DNA of 44,131 nt, filler included, from Jimgerdemannia flammicorona (taxonomy: Eukaryota): assembly GCA_003990765.1 (NCBI GenBank). It is 2 parts of 2 records of this genome, joined end to end, with 100 filler letters (N's around TTAATTAATTAA, not from the genome) between each part and the next. Parts side by side here need not be neighbours in the genome. Positions count along the whole stretch, not along the records: positions 22,125 to 44,131 come from RBNJ01001351.1; 1 more part is not named here. One strand, 5' to 3'. Positions 22,125-33,309 of the stretch are shown here, piece by piece; positions within the stretch are counted from its first letter, which is position 1, and each line of letters opens with the position of its first letter. The notes below the pieces were generated by a model. That model ran no database searches. It was not told the DNA's origin and saw only the letters and a program-made list of their open reading frames with translations. Both the position numbers and the translations under genes were made by a program.

Positions 22125-23427
22125 GGTAGGACTGATCCATATACAGAGAGGAAGATGCCGAGGTACCTTACCACCTCTCCTGTGGGGACAATTGTTCCAA
22201 TGACATCCCCTCCCACTAGCCCATTCCCCAGCACCATTGTCTCACACTTATATCAGTTGAGCTTTGCTCCAGAGTTTGCCTCATACCACTCCACTGTTTC
22301 CTGAAGAGCCTCTACATCTGCTACCGATCCAAGTCTAACTACCATGTCATCTGCAAAGGCCCCCACCTTCCACTCCATGTCATATACCAAGAGCCCAGTC
22401 ACCCTCCTACAGATCCTGTCCATCAAGGGTTTCAAGGAGAGTGCATAAAGGATAGGGGACAGTGGGTCCCCCTGAGGGACTCCTCTCCCCAAGGGGAACG
22501 CCAAGCCCCTGTGACCATTACACAACAACGCCACTCGACTCCCTTCCAACAAACTCAACATAGAGGCCCGAAACTGCGACGAAACACCAATTCTGTCCAG
22601 TACCTTGCCCAACCAAACCCGCCGAACACAGTCGTAGGCCTTCTCTTAATCCAAAAAAACCAGTCTTCCATCCAGTCCACAGGCCCGGGCTCCTTCAATA
22701 ATGCCATGCACCCAGGCAGTCCCATCTCTGATAAGCCTACCACCTACAAAGCCCCGCTGCTCCTCCCCCAGCACCTGTTGAGCAACCTTCTGTAGCCTTG
22801 CAACAATCACCTTAGTCACCAACTTCCGATCCATATCCAGCAGCATAATTGGCCTCCAGTTCTTCCAATCCTCATGCCGGCCCTTATCTTTATACAATAG
22901 GGCAACCAGCCCTAAGTCCTGCTCACCAACCCACATGCCATTCAGAAGAACATGGTCACAGAGGGCTGCCATCTCACCCAGCATCCCTGGGACTTCCACC
23001 ATCTTCTTCCAGAAGTCCCATGATAACCCATCCTCTCCTGGCACCATCCCAAGCTTAGTCGCTGCCAGGACACTTTGAATATCCTCCTCCTGGACAGGTA
23101 GGGTCAAGTCACTCAGCCCCTCTACCTGTGGCGGCTCCCACTCTTCCAGCGTGTCACCAATCGCCACTGCATCAGCACCCCCTTCTTCCTCACTCCACAG
23201 ACCCCACCAATTCTCCTTCAATACTCCCAGGATCTGCTGTGTGCCATGCACCAACTCTCCTTCAGCATCCAAGATCCCATCCCACCTATGCCTCACCTGT
23301 CTGGCTTTGAGGAGCCTAGACAAGTACCTAGTAGGCCGCTCCCCCTCCTCCAGCCCCTGCCATCTAAGCCTGGCCGCCATACCATGCAAATGAGTCTCCT
23401 CCTCCTCTCGCAACACCTGTTGCAGTT
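22125..23427 (-). mobile_element. Young 5'-truncated LINE, reverse transcriptase region
   Basis: ORFs 22646..23416 and 22253..22612 in one frame split by one TAA (FLD*EKAYD); NWRPIMLL, QRGFVGGR, GVPQGDPLSPILY, AFADD; many CpGs. Confidence 0.95.
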
Positions 23428-24099
23428 CTTATCTATAATGGCCATCTCTCCTCCTATCCTGACAACACCTGAAAAGCAGTCACCTATACCAGAACCATGC
23501 TCACCAGGAAGTTTGCCAAAGCCAGAGGGCCCTACCACAGGCACCAAGGACCTACAGATAACCTATACTGAGCACTTGATACCCAAGGTCAGCCAACTCC
23601 CTATGTAGCCCAAGATATACTGAAACAGCACCTTGTTGGTAATAGTAAAAGAAAGAAGGCACCACACCAAAATGGATATATTCCAGATATAGCCAAAGGC
23701 ACTAGAAACCATAAAAAAGTAAAGAAGACACCAATCTGATACTGATAAAAGGGCAACTCATCACTATTGCCTCTCTCCCACTGCTCTGCAATATATACAG
23801 CAAACCAACCCAAGATAGAGGGGGTAATAATTATGGAAAGTGGACTTGGAAGGTTGCCTACCAAACCATTGTGACTGGTAAGATAGCAGAGAAAGAACAT
23901 TGCTGACATATATATCTCAATCTCTCTTATTATATATACTATACTAACTAAATAGCTAATCACTGTCTAATGTTTGGCTAGTACTATCTTACCTTTATTA
24001 GTATGATGGCTAAAGATAATAATAGTTATCAAGCCCTTTAGATCTTTACTATTATCTAGATAGAATTTCGGCTGCCTCTGTTCAGACTTGCAAGATATC
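23428..24099. other. Unassigned decayed segment, possibly coding (His-Me/HNH-like pattern on + strand)
   Basis: No similarity to other repeats in window; + frame reads LCNIYSKPTQDRGGNNYGKWTWKVAYQTIVTGKIAEKEHC*HIYLNLSYY. Confidence 0.3.
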
Positions 24100-24869
24100 T
24101 ATAATAACTCTTAATTCTATCTCTCTCTTATCCTTTAGATATTTAGAGAAATAAGGTATTACTTAGAGACTTAGTATATAATATATACCAAGAAGCCTTC
24201 AGTACTTACTTGAAAGTAGTTGTAACAGCAGTACTCTTCTTATCAATCTTGGTTATAAGAGACTTGTTCTTTGCTATGTATAGACTGAATTTACCTTAAA
24301 ATTTAGGTTCAATGAGTTTACTTAAGTCTTTGTAATTTATATACTAGTCTTAGTTCTGGCAGAAGTTAGCTAGACTTTGGAAGTTTAGTCAGAAATACTA
24401 GAGTTACTTAGATGTCATTACTAAGACTCAGGAGAATGTATGTGTAGAGGAGGGAACTTGATTATTATATTAAGAACTAAATTAAAACTGCTTTATTTCA
24501 GATAGAAACTGGGGGGTATTTATATAAGTTGGTCTGCAATTTTCTGACTAAGTATGAGTGATTAATTTGGTAACTATAGTGAGGTTTGTGATCACAACCT
24601 TTATTAGGTAGTTTTTGGTAAAAACATCTTTGTGATCAGAATCTCAATTACTAGGTAATGATTAGTTACTGTGGTAATAGTTGCTGTAGTACCAATTGTC
24701 AGAGATAAACTGGATATCATTTTTTATATTGTTTTCTGTATTGTTTGTTCATTTATTTATAATATCATATGTTATGCTCGATTGTATAATAATATCATTG
24801 CTCACTGGGTCATGTGATCACTTGTCTTGTCATGTCTCATCTGTTCACTTGTTCATTTATTCTATTACA
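24100..24869 (-). repeat. Downstream LTR of element C (770 bp)
   Basis: Termini TATAATA...TATTACA; aligns with 32361-33009; TATAAATACCCC and AATAAA on minus strand. Confidence 0.92.
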
Positions 24870-25227
24870 TTAACCTCATTAGTCCTCCAGTTGATGTCTG
24901 GGTTATACTGGGTCAACTAGACTTTTTCTAGAATAATGTCTTATTCTGAGAGGTCTACAATACTGAAGTTTAACTTCTCTTGATATTTGCTAATCCTGAG
25001 CAATAGGTCTTCACAGACCTTGGTCAATGGTACAGTCTTACTATTACTAAAGGTAACTCTCCTTTTCTTAGTAGCTGATCTGCTTTGGCCTCTAATCTTC
25101 TTGACAGTCTTGGTGTTGATATAGTTTCTAATAGCTCTACTATTAAGTAAAACATTGACATTCTGTCTGTGAACTAAGTCTGTAAACTTGATATAACTAG
25201 TACTTATGTACAAATGAATTGAATGAA

Positions 25228-25601
25228 GGGGTGGGTGATAGCTGGCTCACTGTTGGGTGGGTGTTAGTAGTTTGGGTGAGTCTGGCGGGTCATTGGCTAT
25301 TTGTGTTTGAGGAGGAGCAGTAGATGAGCCTGCAAGAGAAGGTTGTAAGGTGGGAGGAGTTGTTGGGGGATCTGTTGACTGGATGGTGGATAGGTTGGGG
25401 TCCCTCAGGGCAGCGGCAGTACAGTTTGGTGACAAGGATATGCGAACAGAGTGGTGAGAGGGTGGGAATTATATTCGATAGAGTGGTGTTTCATCGAGAC
25501 AGAGTAGGGGGGAGGGGCCCCCCTAGGGGGATTGGATAGGGGGTGGGTTTATTGTATTTATATCAGATAGATGGGTGTAATAAAGGATGAGTCCAAGTGA
25601 C

Positions 25602-25631
<30 letters not shown>
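25228..25631 (+). mobile_element. 5'-truncated LINE with poly(A) and TSD, inserted in hAT end
   Basis: 16-bp TSD AAATGAATTGAATGAA at 25212-25227 and 25632-25647; AATAAA 25579; poly(A) from 25605; homologous to 33010-33305 and 39908-40280. Confidence 0.95.
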
Positions 25632-25636
<5 letters not shown>

Positions 25637-26004
25637 AATTGAATGAAATTGAGTTGAATCAAATGGGAGGTCTGAAAAGTCAAATTGAATTGGGATTTTT
25701 TCAAGTTGAATAGAAGTCAAATTGAATGGAGTCTCAATTTGATTAGGGTCAAATTGAATAGAGCCTTGATTTAATTAGAGTTGAATTGAATGGAGGCTTT
25801 ATTCAAATAATGATGTTATAAAAATTTTATTAATTACAATACAGACTAAGCTATCAATAATATAAGCTATCAATAATTCCTCTTATATCTAGCTACTGCT
25901 GCCTGATGAGTGTTATTGTATGCTCTTTTTTGGAGAGATAGATTCAGAGTCAAGGGGTTGATCTTCTGATAGATTCAAGGTATTATACCATATTTCTTTC
26001 TATA

Positions 26005-26502
26005 TCACCTACAATTATAGCAACTGGTATATAGATGACCTCTTTTTAGAACTGGAACCTCCTCATCACTCAAAATTATAATGTCTGGAGTATTATTATT
26101 AGAAATTTCAAACATATCAATGACCTCTACTTTAATATCTGAATCTGAAATCTCAATAGCAGTAGCATTGGTGAGCATATCATCCTCCACTTCAATGTCT
26201 GAGTCCAAAATATCAATGACAGCAGTATTGGGGATAGCAGTATTGGGGGCTATAGCAGTGGCAGTATTGGGGGCTATGGCAGTATTGGGGGCTATAGTAG
26301 TATTGGGGGCTATAGCAGTGTTAGCAGCTATGGTAGTGACAGTGATGGCAGCAGTAGCATTTGGAGTCATAGTATCAGTAGTAGTAGATTTGGCTTTGAA
26401 TACTTCATCTATATCTCGATTGATAGCAGTAGCAGTGGGTTTAGCCTCAAATACTTCATCTATATCTAGATTAAATTCTTGAATTATCTTGATAATCTTC
26501 AT
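26005..26502 (-). CDS. Low-complexity ORF carried inside the hAT, downstream of transposase
   Basis: 165-codon open frame with TAIAPN repeats, duplicated DIDEVFxAK and acidic I.ISDSD repeats; open frame may be a by-product of tandem repeats. Confidence 0.35.
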   Translation of the reverse strand: MKIIKIIQEFNLDIDEVFEAKPTATAINRDIDEVFKAKSTTTDTMTPNATAAITVTTIAANTAIAPNTTIAPNTAIAPNTATAIAPNTAIPNTAVIDILDSDIEVEDDMLTNATAIEISDSDIKVEVIDMFEISNNNTPDIIILSDEEVPVLKRGHLYTSCYNCR

Positions 26503-26719
26503 TCTTATTTTCTTATATTCAACTCTAGACTTATTTTCTTTATTGAGCTGGCTAGAGACTTTATGGATTCTCTAATTCATTTTCTGCAATACTCTGGTAA
26601 GATCTTTAATAAATATATGAAGATTGATGTAGAGAGAGGAAGAGGACATTTTTTTTCTCTTTTTTTTTTATAAAAATTTTTACATCAGAAGTATTTATTT
26701 ATATATTTTAGATTGGAGT

Positions 26720-27000
26720 ATCTGCCATATCTTAAGCTTTTGAAGTGCCTGCTTTCACAAAGCATCTGTACTTTCAAAGTGCCCATATCTACTATATCTT
26801 AAGCTTTTGAATTACCAACTTTCAAATCACTTGCTATATCTTAAGCTTTCTGTTTCCAACACAACTCTCATTATGATTCCCATGACCCATGACCACTATG
26901 GTACCCTGATGACATCTGCTCTACTTTCAAAGTGTCCACCCTAATGACATCTACCCTACTTTCAAAGTGTCTGCTATATCTTAAGCTTTTAAAGTACTAT
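26720..27000. repeat. Short dispersed tandem repeats in hAT 3' region
   Basis: Four copies of C(C/T)ATATCTTAAGCTTT and several CTTTCAAAGTG. Confidence 0.7.
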
Positions 27001-27079
27001 ATCAGAGGGATTTTATGATAAATATTTCAATTTAATTATATAAAAATAGTTATATTTCGAGATTTTGAGGTTGGCTAGT

Positions 27080-29560
27080 ACTAGGCTGATTGTCATGTCT
27101 TTAAACATATATATTTCTGAATTGTTTCTAGTTTTAAAGCACCTCTTTTAAGTGATACAAGATCTCTATCATTAGAAAAGATTCTCTCAATTAGAGTACT
27201 TGTTATTGAGATGGCTAAATAGTCTTGTACCATTTTCACTAGATTTGAGAAATCTTCAATATGGCTCTAATGTTTTAAATATATTTTGATTTGAATTAAA
27301 TATGATTTAAATTAAAGTCTCAACTTACTTGTCACTAAGATAATATATCAATTCTTATCAGATATTTAACAATTTCACTTTTTTAATAAATATCTACCTT
27401 ATACTCAGGGTTTGCCATCAGTTTTTGTCTTTTGTTGAATATATATTATTGTAATGCAGTATTAATATTATCAATTTCAGTATCTATAATATTAGACCAT
27501 TCTTGATAAACTGATCCAGGGAGAGGGGTTAGGTTTTATCATAAGTTGTATAAACAGCTCTCTTGGCAGCCTCAACCCATTCAGACTCCCATTCATGAGA
27601 TATATAATATGATAGTTTAAGTCTGGAGTCAAGTACTAGTATATTCAAAGAAAAATAAATTAAAAATGTAAAAATTTGAAATATAAAATTCATATAGTTC
27701 TTGATTTTCAAAAATTTACTTACTAGTACAAATATAATAAGTTGGAATATCTATTACTGAATAATATATTTTCAACTGATCAATAGTCACTGTTAGTACT
27801 AGATGAATAGTATTCAATTGCTCTCTGGTAATATTCAATTGCTCTTCTGTAATATTCCATTACTTATCTATAGTTTTTTGAATCTTCTCATCATGCTCTT
27901 CCAACATATTTAGTAAGAAATTATAAATCAGAACAGTAGAATAGATTGTTGGATATTTTTCTCAAGCAGTAAGATCTATTGTCATTTTGAAGCTCTTTAG
28001 AATTTTCACCATGTCTTTCAATATTTCCCAAGTATGGCTCCTAATAGCATATTTTCTTAAGTCTTTGTCTGTGATAATAGTTGTAGTTAAAGGCTATATA
28101 TTATAGAAAATAAATTTATTAGATTATTTGAATTGAATTTTGAATTGAATTTTGAATTGAATTTAAAAATAAATAAAAGACTTATATCTGAAAATTCTAA
28201 GGCCCACTCAATTATAGAATATATTAAATTCTATTGAGTTTTGACATCTAAAATAAGTTCTTTCAGTTTGAGTTCAAATATTTTACACTTCTTAACAAAT
28301 TCCTCTTGATATAGTAAAGATAATCAAATCTTCATAATGATTATTTGAAGTTTTGAAATTTCTCTGCTCTCAGTTATATCAACAGTATCTTGATCAGCCT
28401 TCAGATAGGTTTAAAAATCCTAAACAGTCAGATTAATGATATGAGCCATACATTATACATATGTATTATATTGATAGATAATTTAGACCAATATAATTGA
28501 ACTTCTCATGAATTATTCAAAATAAAACATTATTATTGATTGTATTGTCTGTTGTTATAGCTAATACCTAGAGTAAATAATTCGAAATGTAAGATAATTT
28601 TTAAATATCAAACAATAATCCAAAAGTACAAAAATACTCTTTTTGAAAAATATATATCTTTGTCTGTATGATAAAGTCTTTAATACACTTCAAGAAGACA
28701 TCAGCAAGATTTTTTCCTGAGTGAGATCCTGACAGCTCAATAAAATCAATCAATATAGAATTGAGTTACCAATTCTGACAGATCCAATGTACATTAATTC
28801 CAAAAAATATATACATATTTAGTGATATCTATATATCAAGAGTGAAGAATATTTGACCTAGTATATTCTAGTTTCTAATGAATTAAATAAGATTCAGATT
28901 ATTTGAATTAAGATTTGAACTATTAAGATTTATCTATAGTTTAATTTGATAACATTCTAACTTTGTTTGAAAGTTGATCTGATTTCATTTCAAATTATTC
29001 CAGCAGAAGGAATAGTAATATCTAATTTCAAAAGGTAAAAAATATCTCTCAGTTCTGAATTTTCAACAACTGTGAAAGGCTGATTATCCTGAATAATTCA
29101 CTAAATAAGCTTCTCTTGAAATAATTGTGTGTTGAATTTTGGCTATTATTATAATAAGTAATAATGAATAAAATAGAAAAAATAAAAAATAAAAAAAATA
29201 AAATAAAGTAAATTAATAATACTTGTGAAAGAAATAAATCCATTGCTCCTGCTTGTTAACTTTATGGCTCTGAGTAAAATGATCCCATATATTTGTTGTT
29301 GAACTATCTACAAATTTATATATTACTGAACAGTGATTGCATTTCACTCTAGTTTCACTATTTTTATCTATCTTTGTAAATTCTTTTCAGATCTCAAAGC
29401 ATTCATGTGGTTTTTCTTTTTCTTTTTCTTTTCTTCTCTCTGTACTAGATTGTTATAATAAGGTTATACTTGTACTTATTGAAGTTATACATACTGATAC
29501 CAAGGCTGCTCTAGTATCTTCCATAGGTAATAGTAGTGGTGAAAACAATTTCTCTGACAT
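27080..29560 (-). pseudogene. hAT transposase, multi-exon
   Basis: BED finger (VKCNHC...STTNIWDH), DNQPFTVVE, FTLDI*IS, SHSGKNL, ITTDN, CMAHIINL, LILDVKTQ*N, dimerisation motif DYLAISITSTLIERIFS; AT-rich intron-like gaps near 29150-29220, 28870-28940, 28570-28660, 28100-28185, 27630-27720, 27270-27330. Confidence 0.92.
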
Positions 29561-29619
29561 AGTTAATATATTGGAAGAGAGTGTTTATTATGAGTAGCAT
29601 AGTGTATGAGTAGTGTGTG

Positions 29620-30060
29620 AACTGAATTAAATCAATTCAATTTAGGTTTGGAACTAAATTGAATTAATTTGACTCAGGTTTAGAACTGAATTAAATAAAT
29701 TTGACACAGGTTTGGAATCAAATTAAATCAATTTGAATCAATTTGATTCAGGTATCTTTAAAGCATGTGATTCTGAAAGTCATATAACTTACATCAAACT
29801 GAATGAAAGTCGAATCAAATGAAGGTTGATCAAATGAATGTTGAATTGAATGAAAGTTAAATTAAATGAAGGAAATCAAATAAAAGCCAAATCAAATCAA
29901 ACAAAAGCCAAACTGAATAAAAGTCAAATCAAATGAAAGTCAAATTGAATGAAAGTTGAATCAAATGAAGGTGAAATTGAATGAAAGTCAAATCAAATTG
30001 AGTCTTGATTTGATTTGTATCAAATCAAATTGAGAGTCAATTTGACTTAATTTAGTTTTT
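29620..30060. repeat. hAT subterminal repeat array
   Basis: Repeated ~15-bp AAT(T/C)(G/A)AATGAAAGT(C/T) and 5-bp units; counterpart at 25635-25810. Confidence 0.8.
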
Positions 30061-32340
30061 GTGAGCACTAGATGCAACTCTCCTCCTTCTTGATAATATT
30101 GAGTTCCTTATTCTCATTGTTGTCCTAATTGCTATCAGTCTCCTCAAAGTCAGTTTCTCTCTATCCTTTACAAGGAGTGTAGTCTTGTTTGGATTCCTCA
30201 GTCTGTTGGGCTTGTTTTTTTTCAGAATTGATTTTGAAAACTTTGAAGAGGCATATATGGCATTTACTAATATATTCAATATAGTACATTTAAATAAAAT
30301 GAGGGTATCATCCACATAGTGTATAACTATCTGCAATTCTCTTATACCAGTTTTCATCATCTTTCTTCATGGTAGTAATCTTTTGACTAGAAGATTTATT
30401 GGTTGATCTAAACTCTTTCTTGCTATGGTCTGTCTGGAAGAACTCAGGGACTTCTTCAATAGTGAGATCATGACAGATTTCTTCAATGATTGCTTGGACA
30501 ATTCTTTGGCCTGCTTTGACTTCAAATGATGTGTCTCTAAAATTCCACAAGATGACATGGATTTTGTCAGTAAATCCTTGATTAACTACTTCTTCTCCTA
30601 GCCCAATATTGAATTCTTTAGCCAGGCTGCTTTGCTCAGTAAGGTAGATATATATTCCTTTGAAGCTTATATTACAATCTCAATTTACACTATGGCATTA
30701 GTATGTGGTAGAATAGTGAGGTCTTGACTACTGTAGAGATTATATCCTGTATTAGTGAGATGAGTCTTGGTGGAGATAGTAGTCTTGTACTATATCTTCT
30801 GTACTTTGATGACATTCTTGAAGTTCTTCTTTCCTAATAATAGTGATGTTCTGATTACTAAGTTTGCCTGATCTGTTACTCTTCTCAGAACATCTGACTG
30901 AGATATGTCCTGCCTTCCTGTAGATGAAGCACAATCCTTTTTCATGGAGCTGCTTCTTTTCACCCTCAGTGGGAGGTCTTAGTTCTCTGGGGTTTTGCTG
31001 GTTCCTTGGTAATTTCTTTGATCATTTCTTTGATCATTTCTTTGGTCATTTCTTCTGGTGGGATTTTATTTATCTTGGCTATCCTTCTTGTGTTCTGGAT
31101 TTCATGAGACCTATATAGTAAGGATTTCATGAGCTCTTCTTTGTACTTGAGCAAAGCACTATGAGTAGTGAAGGTATCCTTAGAGAAGGCCTTGTTCCTT
31201 AATCTTCTGGGTGAATCAGTCTGGTAGAGCTGTAAGGCTCTGGTATCATTGATGGCCAAATTGTTTTTCTAGTAGGTAATTTCAATGGTTTTGAGGTAGG
31301 CATCCATTCTGGTAATAAAGATTTCTAGTTCCTTCTCACCATTCTTGTGGAACTTCATCTGGGCCAGTTTGTTCCAAGTTTCTTATATATAGATTACATT
31401 TCAGAATTTGGTCAGTAGCAGGGCCTTGAGTTCTGAGCCTACTTCATAGTCATTTCTATCTGGTCTATTATAAGCAGATACCTGTCTATTGACTGGAGGG
31501 TAATCTTCTCAGGTTACTGAGTATTGTTCTAAGATATATCAGAACTTAGCTGCTATTCCAGTGAAGAATGTGGCTACTGTTTTCACTTATACTGCTGATG
31601 TGGCAAACAACTATTAAAGGATATTGTTCTGGTTATTAGTGAGTATTTCTATAGGTACTTAGTTATAATTCTATTGATTTGCTCAATAATCTATATCAAC
31701 TATATTGATAAAGATTTCCTGTTTTTTCTACTAAATATTGGAATTTGCACAGTCTTGATTAGTTTGTTCTGTTCAGTAATTCTTCCTACTACCTCTGCTA
31801 GTGTGGCTAGCTGGGTAGTCAGTGCTGCAATATTGGCATCTATCATTATATTGACTATTAGTAGTGGTTCTGTGGAGGTAGATTCTCCTGAAGGTTGTTC
31901 TGCCTGGTGAGGTTGTAATGCTATATGATTTGGAGTTACTTGATTTCCAGAGATCAGATTCAATAGTTCTGTAAGAGAGAGTAAGCCAAACCTCTATATA
32001 AGTGACTGAATTAGTTCTTGGGTCTGATCCTCTTGATCTGTAGGTCCTTGGTAAATTTCTAGGCCTGCTGTTCCTTATTGGCTATTGTCAGACTAGTAAT
32101 CTATAGAGTCTTCATCTGACTCCCTTTTCTAATGAGATAGTGTGTCTTCATACTGACTAGGTCCTTTAAAAAGGATATTAGATTCTGGCTGAATAGATAG
32201 GCCTGCTTTTTGATCAGCAGTAAGAGATGGGTGATCTGCTTACTCATTCTTATATCTTATTATGGCAGAGGCATAGTATATAACTAGTCTATAGTAGAGT
32301 GAGATCTTAGTGAGAGTATGATGGTATCTATCAGAAGTAA

Positions 32341-32357
32341 ACCACCTGCTGCTACCA
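32341..32357 (-). promoter_or_regulatory. Primer-binding site, initiator tRNA-Met type
   Basis: TGGTAGCAGCAGGTGGT 3 nt inside LTR end; matches PBS of element B. Confidence 0.78.
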
Positions 32358-32360
32358 AGT

Positions 32361-33009
32361 TGTAATAACTCTTAATTCTATCCTTCTCTTATCCTTTGGA
32401 TATTTAGAGAAATAAGATATTACTTAGAGACTTAGTATACAATATATACTAAGAAGTCTTCAGTTTGAGGAAATACTTGCTTGAAAGTAGTTATAGTGAC
32501 AGTACCCTTCTTATCAACTTTAGTTGTAAGAGACTTATTCTTTACTATATATAAATTAAATTCACCTTGGAATTCAGGTTCAATGAGTTTACTTAAGTCT
32601 TTGTGATTTATATACTAGTCTCAGTTCTGGTAGAAGTTAGCTAAACTTCTGGAGTTTAGACAGAAATACTAGAGTCACTTAGATGTTATTACTAAGACTT
32701 AGAGAAATGTGTGTGTGGAGGGGGAGACTTAATTTTTATATCAAGGACTGAACTAAAACTACTTTATTTCAGATGGAAACTGTACAAGTTGGTCTGCAAT
32801 TTCTGACTAAATATAAGTGACTAATTTGGTAACAATAGTGAGATTTGTGATCATGACCTTTGTCAGATAGTTTGTAACAAAAAACACTTTGTATTCAGGA
32901 CCTCAATTACTAGACAATGATCAGCTGCTGTGGTAATAGTTGCTGTAGCACTGATTGTTGGAGATAAGCTGGATATCATTTTTCATGTTGTTTTGCATCA
33001 TTCATTATG
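32361..33009 (-). repeat. 5' LTR of element C, truncated by LINE insertion
   Basis: Aligns with 24100-~24750; ends TTACA next to PBS; cut by poly(T) at 33010. Confidence 0.92.
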
Positions 33010-33305
33010 TTTTTTTTTTTTTTTTTTTTTTTTTTTATAGTTACTTGGACTTTTTCCTTTATTAATATACCTGTCTATCTTCTAAATAATATACAGTGCC
33101 TAACTCTATCTGATCCCCCTAGAGGGGCCCCTTCCTCCCACCTTCACTTGATGAAAGACTACTTTGTCTAACACTATCTCCATCTGCCCATCACTCTGTT
33201 TACAGATCCCTTCTATCAGATGGTGATGTTGCCCACTCTGGGGACCCCAACCCACCCACCACTCAGTCAGCAGATCCCTCATTAACTCCTCTCACCTAGC
33301 TCCTT
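33010..33305 (-). mobile_element. LINE 3' end fragment with poly(A) tail
   Basis: 27 T at 33010-33036, TTTATT signal, CCCCCTAGAGG motif; homologous to 25330-25631. Confidence 0.9.
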
Positions 33306-33309
33306 AGTA

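Larger units (their letters stand above)
25198..30070 (-). mobile_element. Full-length hAT DNA transposon (decayed autonomous copy)
   Basis: Ends TAGTACTTAT... and ...GTGAGCACTA; 8-bp TSD GATATAAC (25190-25197) / GATGCAAC (30071-30078) differing by two transitions; long AAT(C/T)(G/A)-type subterminal arrays; splits element C just before the protease. Confidence 0.92.
24100..33009 (-). mobile_element. Ty3/Gypsy element C: LTR-PBS-gag-dUTPase-[hAT insertion]-protease-LTR, lacking RT/RH/INT
   Basis: Two alignable LTRs; gag ~31960-30890 with CFIYRKAGHISVRC; dUTPase ~30750-30400; protease VLLNSRAIRNYI at 25197-24870. Confidence 0.9.

Noticed and set aside
23500..23550. Walker A-like VVGPSGFGKL on minus strand
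   Set aside because: Lacks the S/T after K and has no supporting ATPase motifs; likely chance.
26081..26482. Hydrophobic AVLGAI-repeat membrane protein on + strand
   Set aside because: Antisense shadow of the 18-bp tandem repeat; no independent support.
29620..30060. CRISPR-like or telomere-like array
   Set aside because: Degenerate 5/15-bp units without unique spacers, mirrored at the other hAT end; these are subterminal repeats.
31010..31055. 12-bp tandem repeat (TTTCTTTGATCA-like) in gag
   Set aside because: Ordinary low-complexity linker before the zinc knuckle.
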